Shown here one piece after another: positions 42,172 through 49,861 of a stretch of DNA of 64,000 nt; position 1 is the stretch's first letter; every line of letters starts with the position of its first letter. Under the pieces are notes generated by a model that worked only from the letters and a program-made list of their open reading frames with translations, was not told the DNA's origin and did no database searches. Both the position numbers and the translations under genes were made by a program. The stretch is from Ignavibacteriota bacterium (GTDB lineage: Bacteria; Bacteroidota; Ignavibacteria; Kapaibacteriales; UBA2268), in assembly GCA_019637995.1 (NCBI GenBank), contig JAHBUQ010000001.1, positions 902,381-966,380 on the forward strand. Reading direction: 5' to 3'.

Positions 42172-42183
42172 GATCCTATAATT

Positions 42184-42621
42184 ATGGATGAATTCATAAA
42201 AGCAGCAATTGATGAGGCTAAACGAGGAATTGAGGAAGGTGGTATTCCTATTGGCTCTGTAATTGTTCATAACGGTAAGATAATCGGCAGAGGTCATAAT
42301 CGCAGAGTGCAATCAGGAAGCGTAATACTCCACGGCGAAATGGATGCTTTGGAAAATGCCGGAAGATTACCCGCAAAAGTATATCGCGAGAGCACGATTT
42401 ATACTACTCTTTCTCCTTGCTCTATGTGTAGCGGTGCAATTGTGCTTTATGGAATTCCTAAAGTTGTAATTGGAGAAAATCAGACTTACATTGGCGAAGA
42501 AGAATTGCTTCGAAGCCGCGGTGTTGAGGTGGTTAATCTCAACAACGAGGAATGTAAGTTGATGATGAATGATTTTATTAATAAATTTCCAGATATTTGG
42601 AACGAAGATATTGGAATTTAG
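42184..42621 (+). CDS. Cytosine/nucleoside deaminase (Fcy1/CDA-fold, CMP/dCMP deaminase zinc-binding family)
   Basis: HGEMDALEN and PCSMCSGAI zinc motifs. The N-terminus closely resembles Fcy1-type cytosine deaminases (GGIPIGSVIV…GRGHNRR). Confidence 0.75.
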   Translation: MDEFIKAAIDEAKRGIEEGGIPIGSVIVHNGKIIGRGHNRRVQSGSVILHGEMDALENAGRLPAKVYRESTIYTTLSPCSMCSGAIVLYGIPKVVIGENQTYIGEEELLRSRGVEVVNLNNEECKLMMNDFINKFPDIWNEDIGI

Positions 42622-42734
42622 CACGATTATTGATAATATACATATTATATTCAATCATTATGCTTTTTTAAATATTGATTTAATATAATTTTAGTTATTT
42701 TTGTTTGTATAATTAATACAATGAACTTAAATAA

Positions 42735-43397
42735 ATGATATTTAACGAACAAAATCCGGTAAGTTTGGTATTTGCTGACGATCACGAAGTTGTCAGAGCG
42801 GGCATCAGACGTATGTTGTCACTTGATAAAACCTTCAAGATAATGGACGAAGCAAATAACGGCAGAGATGCTCTGGACTTAATTCTTTACCACAAGCCTG
42901 ATATTGCTTTGCTTGATATTATGATGCCGCAAATGTCAGGTGTTGAAGTTACACGCGAACTTAAAGAAAGAAATTCTGAAACTTTTGTTGTAATACTCAC
43001 TGCATTTGAAGACGGAGCTCACCTCGAGAAAGCACTTTCAGCAGGCGCTGACGGCTATCTTACAAAGGATATTCCATCTAAAGAGCTTATAGCGGCACTA
43101 CATACAGTAGTTACAGGAGAGAGAGTTTTTTCTAAATCAATTGTTCTTTTGGCTCAGAACAAATTTATGACACGTGGCTCACAAGTCGAGCCTCATATAA
43201 AAATTACTAAGCGAGAGCAGGAAATACTGAATTTGATAGCAACCGGAAAATCAAGTGTGGAAATTGCCGAAACACTCTATCTATCAGTCAGGACTGTAGA
43301 ATCCCATCGTTACAATGTTATGCAGAAATTAGGAATCAAAAATACAGCCGGATTGATAAGATTTGCAGTACTTAATTCTGATACTTTTAATCAATAG
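42735..43397 (+). CDS. Two-component response regulator, NarL/FixJ (LuxR-type HTH) family
   Basis: REC domain (DDHEVVRAG, phospho-acceptor D in LLDIMMP) and a C-terminal LuxR HTH (LTKREQEIL…GKSSVEIAETLYLSVRTVESH). There is no adjacent histidine kinase. Confidence 0.85.
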   Translation: MIFNEQNPVSLVFADDHEVVRAGIRRMLSLDKTFKIMDEANNGRDALDLILYHKPDIALLDIMMPQMSGVEVTRELKERNSETFVVILTAFEDGAHLEKALSAGADGYLTKDIPSKELIAALHTVVTGERVFSKSIVLLAQNKFMTRGSQVEPHIKITKREQEILNLIATGKSSVEIAETLYLSVRTVESHRYNVMQKLGIKNTAGLIRFAVLNSDTFNQ

Positions 43398-43478
43398 TTT
43401 GCATATTGAATCATAATATTTAAAAATACTTATCTGCTCATATCGTTTTTGAATATAATTATATTATGAGCACAATAA

Positions 43479-43874
43479 ATGAAATTTGACCGCATTTTAG
43501 ATTATTTGATGTTCCGCGAAGGCGGGCAAGAAGATAATTTCACAGATAATCCGGCAGTTACCACCGGATCTATTGTTTGGGGTGTTATTCTCAGAACTTC
43601 TATAGTAATAATTGTAACATTAATTTTATTAAAACAATACGATTTTCATCAGTATTGGTGGTATTCCTTTTTTGCTATCTGGTTTTTTGTTGGATTTCCT
43701 GCTTTCAGGCAGTACCAGAAATTTAAAGAAAGAATCAAGGTTTTGGAGGAAGAAACTCTTTGCGGTAAATGCAGACATTTCAATGAAGGTGCCCAAGTCT
43801 GCCAGATTTACGATATGCACGTAAGTAAAAATCATATTCCTTGCGAAGGTATGAGCTGGGAACCAAAATTATAA
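43479..43874 (+). CDS. Hypothetical small membrane protein with a C-terminal Cys cluster
   Basis: Two TM helices followed by CGKC…C…C, which may be a zinc ribbon. Confidence 0.35.
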   Translation: MKFDRILDYLMFREGGQEDNFTDNPAVTTGSIVWGVILRTSIVIIVTLILLKQYDFHQYWWYSFFAIWFFVGFPAFRQYQKFKERIKVLEEETLCGKCRHFNEGAQVCQIYDMHVSKNHIPCEGMSWEPKL

Positions 43875-44246
43875 GCATTAATATCTGCTTTAATAATTTG
43901 TATTTGATTTATGCCAATACAAAACAATTATTTGGAGTCACATTTTCTGAAGTAGATGAGTATTTATTTCTATTAAAATCTTTTTTGATATACTTTAATA
44001 AAATAAATAAATCATTCAGGATTTATTTCCCATTACAAATGACTTTAAAAAAATTTGAAGAAATATATTATAAATAAAATCCACACACATATTGATACAA
44101 AGAATGCGTTTTATGTTAATATTCAATAAAATATTATTCAAAATTCAATAAATATTTTTTAGTAATTTATAATTGTGTTACATTTGCACTTCTTAAAATA
44201 TTTTCTTTAATAAAAGTACTTAATATATATCTAAAAGATTGTAACT

Positions 44247-45476
44247 ATGTATAAATATTTGATTTTTTTACTGTTAATATGCTTAACAAGCAAAATTTAC
44301 TCTCAAAATGAATGGGGTGGTACCCCATATGGCTATGTTAAAGCTGACGTTTTTTTGGATACAAGGCAAGTAGTAAACGTTAGAGATGGTCACGTACTCC
44401 TCTACCCCGCTCCGCGTCTTGAAGCAAATGGTGAAGATGCTAATGAAGGATTGAACTTCAACATTTTGGCAATTCAATCAAGATTTGGATTTAGAATTAA
44501 AGCTCCTGATTTCCTTGGAGCTAAAGCAAGTGGTGTAATTGAAGGTGAATTCTTTGGCTCCACAAATACTGATATCGGGAGTGTAAGACTTAGACTTGCT
44601 AATGTCAAACTTGACTGGGGTAAACACGAAGTAGTTGCCGGTCACGACTGGCATCCATTATTTATTGCTGAAGCATTAGCTCAGACAATATCTTTCAACA
44701 CAGGAATACCTTTTGTAGCATTTGCAAGAAATCCGCTTGTTACTTATACCTATAAAACTGATAACTTCAAAGCTATGCTTTCAGGAGTAACTGAGATGGA
44801 GTTCCCAAGTACAGGACCTCAGGGACCATCTACTTCATACCTTAGGAATGCAGGATTTCCTATGCTGAATCTCGGACTCAGATACTCGATTGATAAGTTT
44901 TACTTTGCAGCAAATGCAAATTACAAAGAACTGAAGCCGCGTTTAATAAGTGATCAGGGATTCAAAGACCATAACGTTACTTCCGGATTTACTGCAAATT
45001 TTCTAATGAGATACAAAACTGATGATTTCTATATTACTGCTTCAGTTCTTCAGGGACAGAATACTTTTGATTTGTTGATGTTGGGTGGATATGCAGTTAA
45101 AAGCATTGACCCAACTACAGGAGTATGGGAATATTCCGCAATGAATACCCGCTCTGCATGGCTTGATATGCAATATGGTAAAGACCTGACCTTTGGAGTT
45201 TTTGGTGGCTTTGAAACCAATTTGGGTGCGAATGATGAAATCGTAGGTAATTACTATGCACGAGGTATAACTCAAAATAAAGACGCCGGTACGGATATTG
45301 ATTATATTTATAGATTATCTCCACGTATTGCTTATAAATTAGGTAAGACACAAATCGCCACAGAGCTCGAATACTCGGCAGCCGCTTATGGCAAAAGAGA
45401 CAACAAGGGTAAGGTAAGTGATTCGCAAGAAGTAAGAAACCTGAGAATACTCGTTGCTGCTTTTATTTTCTTTTAA
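44247..45476 (+). CDS. Hypothetical outer-membrane beta-barrel (porin-like) protein
   Basis: Signal peptide, amphipathic beta-strands and a C-terminal aromatic residue (…AAFIFF). Confidence 0.4.
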   Translation: MYKYLIFLLLICLTSKIYSQNEWGGTPYGYVKADVFLDTRQVVNVRDGHVLLYPAPRLEANGEDANEGLNFNILAIQSRFGFRIKAPDFLGAKASGVIEGEFFGSTNTDIGSVRLRLANVKLDWGKHEVVAGHDWHPLFIAEALAQTISFNTGIPFVAFARNPLVTYTYKTDNFKAMLSGVTEMEFPSTGPQGPSTSYLRNAGFPMLNLGLRYSIDKFYFAANANYKELKPRLISDQGFKDHNVTSGFTANFLMRYKTDDFYITASVLQGQNTFDLLMLGGYAVKSIDPTTGVWEYSAMNTRSAWLDMQYGKDLTFGVFGGFETNLGANDEIVGNYYARGITQNKDAGTDIDYIYRLSPRIAYKLGKTQIATELEYSAAAYGKRDNKGKVSDSQEVRNLRILVAAFIFF

Positions 45477-45522
45477 TATGCTTATAATCACTGACAATAA
45501 TTAGAAGTGCTATATTATTATT

Positions 45523-45561
45523 AAACTTCCGAAGTTTTGAAAACTTCGGAAGTTTTTTTTT
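45523..45561 (+). terminator. Long perfect palindromic hairpin plus T-run (terminator or REP-like element)
   Basis: AAACTTCCGAAGTTTTgaAAAACTTCGGAAGTTT forms a 16-bp stem, followed by a T9 run. A second copy of the arms lies at 62909–62941. Confidence 0.65.
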
Positions 45562-45776
45562 ATCTTTCATGAAATTGTCAATTGTCAATTGGTGAAAGCT
45601 ACGTAGTTGCGAACTATTAATAGCAAAAAGATACCCAACACCACCACAAAAATCAATGTTCCCAAAAATCTTTGTGCAATCAAATACCTGAAAGTAGTCT
45701 TGTGCCACTTTCATCTGCAATTCTTGATGTTTGTTTTGTTGGGCATAAGGCAAAATTTGATAAAATGATTCACTAA

Positions 45777-46154
45777 TTAATTATCATCAATATATGAAAA
45801 GGATTGTGGTGGTGCCATATTAAACTCTGCTTTAAGGCATTTAGGGTTCTTATACTTAAAAAACTTCTTAATTTTTATTGCAAACCCTCTTTCTTTATCT
45901 GAAAAATATCTATAATAAAAGTCTTCTGAAACCCCTGAATACTCGTGAGTTAAATGCCAAAGTGTATCAATATCAAAATTTAATATTTCATCTATTTCAA
46001 ATTCACCAATGACCTGTTGAACTGGAGATGAAGCATAAACAATTATTGACTTGACACGTTTATTTTTGAATATTGATCTTCTATACTCAAATTTTTTTGT
46101 TCCATCAAAAATTTTAAATGCAAATTCTGGTTTAATTGATAATAAGACTTTCAT
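45777..46154 (-). CDS. ASCH-domain (PUA-like) protein
   Basis: Canonical ASCH GxKxxExR motif (DGTKKFEYRR) near the N-terminus of a ~125-aa beta-barrel-sized protein. Its start overlaps the end of the upstream 510-aa gene by 23 nt. Confidence 0.75.
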   Translation of the reverse strand: MKVLLSIKPEFAFKIFDGTKKFEYRRSIFKNKRVKSIIVYASSPVQQVIGEFEIDEILNFDIDTLWHLTHEYSGVSEDFYYRYFSDKERGFAIKIKKFFKYKNPKCLKAEFNMAPPQSFSYIDDN

Positions 46155-47664
46155 TTGTTCCCGTTTCTCTTAATATTATTTCAAATTGGGTTTTAGTTAT
46201 TCTTTTTAATCCTCTAATCTCATTGTCTTCACCTGAAAGAATTCCTAAATCTAATAATCTTTGACGATTTATTCTTTTACCTGTTGGGAATGAATGAGTA
46301 TATAGAAAATTTATGATGAAAGGTCTAGATTTTGGAGACCAATTCCAATACTTTCTAAGTTCATTATCGGAAAATATACTTCTTTTTCTACATTTAAGTA
46401 TAAAATCATTTTCATCTGAAATATCAGTAATTTTATCTTCAGCAATTGCAATTGTAGTAATTACACTACTATAATAGGCGGATCTACCTGATGCTGCAGT
46501 TCTATAAAAAACAATGATATCCCCTTTTCTTATATCTCTTTCAATTGAACGAGATATATAAACTTTGCTAATTGCATTTCGATGTGGTTGATTTTCAATA
46601 AAATCGAAAGGAGACTCAGTCGTTAATATTGAATCAGGTAACAATTCTGTATGGTAATCTGGATAAATCGGTATCATAAATATATTTGTTTCTTTAGATA
46701 GATATGGAAATGTGAGTTTGGGATTATTTATATTGAATGCTGGAGTAAAATCACGAACATATACTAATTCTTCACCATTATTTGATGATTTTGTACCATA
46801 GTAAACAAACCCCCATTCCTCAAGCAGCCCAATCAATCTTTTCTGCTCTTCTCTTTTATTGAAAATTGTAACATAAATTTCATCAACTTTATTTTGAATA
46901 GCATTATCAAAAATTATTTTCATAAATCGCTCACCTAATCGTACCCCATTGCTTATGACTTTAAATGTACCTATTTTTAATCTCTTTTTTGGTTTAAAGA
47001 CTGGGGCAATATCTGAATAATTTTCATCACGATTTTCTACTTTCAAGAAGAGAAATGAAAGAATTTTCCCTTTATTTATTGTCACGTAAGCAGTTTCGTC
47101 TGATTTTTTCAAATACCATTTCTCGAACCCTGAATAATCTTCTTTGAAACTATCAAAAAAAGTGTCAGATAAATTTATTTCACCGAATAAATTTTTTGTT
47201 ACCGAAAGTACTTTATAATCAACTAAATCAGGATTTTCTGAAACAACTTTTTCCAGAAAAGAATCAATTTTAAAAACTCTATCATCAATTCCTAGAAGTT
47301 CTGCCTTTTTATGTATTTTCTTATCTTCAGTGATTAGAAAATCTATTCTTTCACTATAAATTTCATTTAAAAGAATTGTATCATTTCTATCATTTTGATT
47401 AACATCTAAAGTTTCTGAAACAACAATTACTTGAGGTCGCAATGGAGTTGTTGTTTTTAAAATCTCATAGCTTTTAAGTTTTACAGAAAGTGTATCAACC
47501 GTTTCCTTATTGCTATTTTTTTCAATCTCTTCAATAGTAATAGGGTGTACGCATTTTGTATATTTACCTTTATCTATCCATCTAAATAGAACTCCAATAT
47601 CAACATTGAAGACTCTACTTGCTTCACGATGAATAATTATGTTTGTGTCTAATAAAACTTTCAT
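46132..47664 (-). CDS. Multidomain protein: N-terminal PIN-like nuclease domain, central GNAT-like acetyltransferase-like region, C-terminal domain of unknown function
   Basis: PIN signature MKVLLDTNIIIH… with a later …FLITEDKK (third acidic residue, TxD). The central region resembles GNAT motif A and its core (ISNGVRLGERFMKIIFD…EIYVTIF…LLEEWGF). No recognisable motif was found in the last ~180 aa. Confidence 0.5.
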   Translation of the reverse strand: MKVLLDTNIIIHREASRVFNVDIGVLFRWIDKGKYTKCVHPITIEEIEKNSNKETVDTLSVKLKSYEILKTTTPLRPQVIVVSETLDVNQNDRNDTILLNEIYSERIDFLITEDKKIHKKAELLGIDDRVFKIDSFLEKVVSENPDLVDYKVLSVTKNLFGEINLSDTFFDSFKEDYSGFEKWYLKKSDETAYVTINKGKILSFLFLKVENRDENYSDIAPVFKPKKRLKIGTFKVISNGVRLGERFMKIIFDNAIQNKVDEIYVTIFNKREEQKRLIGLLEEWGFVYYGTKSSNNGEELVYVRDFTPAFNINNPKLTFPYLSKETNIFMIPIYPDYHTELLPDSILTTESPFDFIENQPHRNAISKVYISRSIERDIRKGDIIVFYRTAASGRSAYYSSVITTIAIAEDKITDISDENDFILKCRKRSIFSDNELRKYWNWSPKSRPFIINFLYTHSFPTGKRINRQRLLDLGILSGEDNEIRGLKRITKTQFEIILRETGTNESLIIN

Positions 47665-47890
47665 AATTAATCTGATTGCATAATTTACAATTCCTAATCA
47701 CCTATCTACATCTTCTCAATAAATGATTTTACAAAAATAGCAAAAAATATAATACTTACACATATTTTTACTGCATTTATTTTCAAGAAGTTTTCCACTA
47801 ATAAAGCCTTCCCAAAGCTCATCACTCAAGGAAGGTCTTTTATTTCATCATCTCCTTCAGGGTCTTGTCCTGAAATAGGTTGACACAAAA

Positions 47891-48316
47891 TTGGAGAAAA
47901 AGATGTCACAAAAGAAAAAATTTCTTATTTTAGGAGACAAGCGAATGTACACAGAGAATTTTAAAAAATCTGTAGTCGCCGAAGTAGAATCAGGTCGCAT
48001 AAGTAAAGAAGGCGCTCGCATAAAGTACGGCATAAAGGGAAATTCAGCAGTACTTAATTGGTGTCGGCAATACGGCAAGAATCAATATAAACCAAAATCA
48101 CCAGGTAGTTTAACTATGAATGACAAGTTGATATCACAAACATATAAAAATCGAATAAAAGAATTGGAGCAGGAACTATCTTCCAGCAAATTGAAAGTAA
48201 GTTATTTAGAAAATGTAATTGACGTACTTCAAGAACAGGGGGTAATAGATGCTGTAAAAAAGCCAGATACACCGCCATTGGTCTCACCAAAGCGGTCAAC
48301 CCGAAAGCATCGATAG
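47891..48316 (+). CDS. IS3-family transposase OrfA (HTH / leucine-zipper part)
   Basis: N-terminal HTH (…YTENFKKSVVAEVESG) and a coiled-coil, typical of IS3 OrfA. The frameshift heptamer lies near its 3' end. Confidence 0.85.
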   Translation: MEKKMSQKKKFLILGDKRMYTENFKKSVVAEVESGRISKEGARIKYGIKGNSAVLNWCRQYGKNQYKPKSPGSLTMNDKLISQTYKNRIKELEQELSSSKLKVSYLENVIDVLQEQGVIDAVKKPDTPPLVSPKRSTRKHR

Positions 48317-48339
48317 AAAGTATATGCAAAATAGCATCA

Positions 48340-49152
48340 TTGAGCCGTCAAGCCTATTATAAGCATAACAGCAAGATAGAACTAGACACAGTAAACAATC
48401 ATAAAGTACTTTCAATGGCTCTGTCTAAGCGTATACGTAATAGTAAACTAAGCTGTAAAAAGATATATTCAATGATTAAAGAAAGTCTCAAAACTGAGAA
48501 TATAAAGTTAGGTCGTGACAAATTTATCAATCTGATGGGTGAAAATGGTTTTCATGTAAAGCGAAAAAGACGTAATCCCAACACAACAAAAAGTAAACAT
48601 ACATTGCCAACATATACAAATAAACTCAAAGGTATAAAGATAAATAGAGCAGACCAGGTCTGGGTTAGCGACATAACCTTTGTTCGAACTTCACAAGGTT
48701 TTATGTACCTGTCATTAGTGACAGATTTATACAGTAGAAAGATTTTAGGCTACAACTTGAGCAAGAGTCAAAAAACTTCGGAAGTAATAAAGGCTTTACA
48801 AATGAGTCTTAAAAATAGTAAACGTCAGTCCGAGACCATCCACCATTCAGATCGTGGAATCCAATATTTATGTAGTGAATATACCAAGCACTTGAAATCA
48901 AATAATATCGAAACAAGCACAACAAAAGGAGGTAGTCCCCAAGAAAATGCAGTCGCCGAAAGAATAAACGGAATCTTAAAGCAAGAATACGGAATCTCAG
49001 ACTTAAGAATAAATATTCCTCAATGTCGAAAATTAGTTAAAGAAGCAATCGAGCTATATAACAATGAGCGCCCACACTTAAGTTTAAATATGAAGACTCC
49101 AGAACAGTATTACAATGAATTTTATTGCAATCTAAATAACAATATTCGATGA
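48340..49152 (+). CDS. IS3-family transposase OrfB (rve integrase-core DDE domain)
   Basis: DDE motifs (DQVWVSDITF, HHSDRGIQY, …ENAVAERINGILKQE). Confidence 0.9.
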   Translation: MSRQAYYKHNSKIELDTVNNHKVLSMALSKRIRNSKLSCKKIYSMIKESLKTENIKLGRDKFINLMGENGFHVKRKRRNPNTTKSKHTLPTYTNKLKGIKINRADQVWVSDITFVRTSQGFMYLSLVTDLYSRKILGYNLSKSQKTSEVIKALQMSLKNSKRQSETIHHSDRGIQYLCSEYTKHLKSNNIETSTTKGGSPQENAVAERINGILKQEYGISDLRINIPQCRKLVKEAIELYNNERPHLSLNMKTPEQYYNEFYCNLNNNIR

Positions 49153-49219
49153 TATTAATCGAATTTATTTTATAATTTATTTGTCAACCATTTTTAGGAC
49201 AAGACACAGAGAGTTGAAA

Positions 49220-49248
49220 CCCCGTCCCCGTCCCCGCCCCTCGCCACC
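49220..49248. repeat. C-rich tract (CCCCG)n-like, a G-quadruplex motif on the minus strand
   Basis: The sequence cccgtccccgtccccgcccctcgcc reads on the minus strand as four G4 runs with 1–2-nt loops. This is very atypical for an AT-rich genome. Confidence 0.8.
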
Positions 49249-49612
49249 TTTTCTATTAATAGTACGCTACTACGTAGCTAAAATATGTGTTTCCGGTGGG
49301 TTTCATTTTTCTATAATCATTTAATCTCTTCGAGATTATTCCCGTGCTACAACATCCATTTTCTATTAATGTTACGCTTCTACGTAGCTAAAATATGTGT
49401 TTCCGGTGGGTTTCATTTTTCTATAAATATTTAATCTCTTCGAGATTATTCCGGTGCTACAACATCCATTTTCTATTAATGTTACGCTTCTACGTAGCTA
49501 AAATATGGGTTTCCGGTAGGGTTTCATTTTTCTATAAATATTTAATCTCTTCGAGATTATTCCCGTGCTACAACATCCATTTTCTATTAATGTTACGCTA
49601 CTACGTTGCTTT
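49249..49612. repeat. Tandem direct repeat, 110-bp unit × about 3.3 copies
   Basis: Unit starts at 49249, 49359, 49469 and 49580, with the last copy truncated. Copies are more than 95% identical. Each carries the TAATCTC-TTCG-GAGATTA hairpin and a CTACGTAG palindrome. Confidence 0.9.
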
Positions 49613-49614
49613 TT

Positions 49615-49664
49615 CCCGACCCCCGACCCCCAACCCCATCCCCTATCCCCAAACCCCCGACTCC
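49615..49664. repeat. C-rich tract with multiple C4–5 runs, a G-quadruplex motif on the minus strand
   Basis: The sequence cccgacccccgacccccaaccccatcccctatccccaaacccccgactcc has at least six G4+ runs on the minus strand. Confidence 0.8.
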
Positions 49665-49803
49665 AGAAATACCTAAGCTCATCGAACAATGCTACAACTA
49701 AAAAATGGATTTTAAGCAGACTCACTACCGGAGTAAAAAAGCCAGCAAAAATTCACCGACAAGAAAATTAACAAATGCCGATTGGGCATATACATATTAA
49801 AAA

Positions 49804-49835
49804 AGTCCGATATTTTGTTCAATACCGGACTTTTT
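49804..49835. terminator. Bidirectional hairpin terminator downstream of the DEAD-box helicase gene
   Basis: The sequence aaaAGTCCGatattttgttcaataCCGGACTtttt has an A-run and a T-run on opposite sides. Confidence 0.5.
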
Positions 49836-49861
49836 AAAATTAATTTTTTTGAATCTGCAAA

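Larger units (their letters stand above)
47861..49207 (+). mobile_element. IS3-family insertion sequence (orfA/orfB with -1 frameshift), about 1.35 kb
   Basis: Imperfect terminal inverted repeats (GGTCTTGTCCTGAAATAGGTTGACA… and …TGTCAACCATTTTTAGGACAAGACA, ending CA). A possible 3-bp direct repeat CAG flanks both ends. The A AAA AAG slippery heptamer lies at 48256–48262 in the orfA frame, and orfB is in the -1 frame. Confidence 0.8.

Noticed and set aside
43841-44077. A 78-aa ORF in the AT-rich spacer upstream of the porin-like gene
   Set aside because: It is made of AT-rich promoter-like sequence rich in Lys, Ile, Phe and Tyr codons and is not convincing as coding.
49249-49612. The tandem 110-bp repeats as a possible CRISPR array
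   Set aside because: Units are directly adjacent with no intervening unique spacers and no repeat–spacer periodicity. There are no cas genes nearby. It is a plain tandem duplication array.
49395-49771. ORF-track ORFs 49395–49676 (+), 49498–49725 (-) and 49565–49771 (+) overlapping the repeat and C-rich region
   Set aside because: They are generated by the repeated and low-complexity sequence, giving repetitive Pro/Gly or FFYKYLISSRLF peptides. They lack coding-like composition and overlap each other, so they are spurious.
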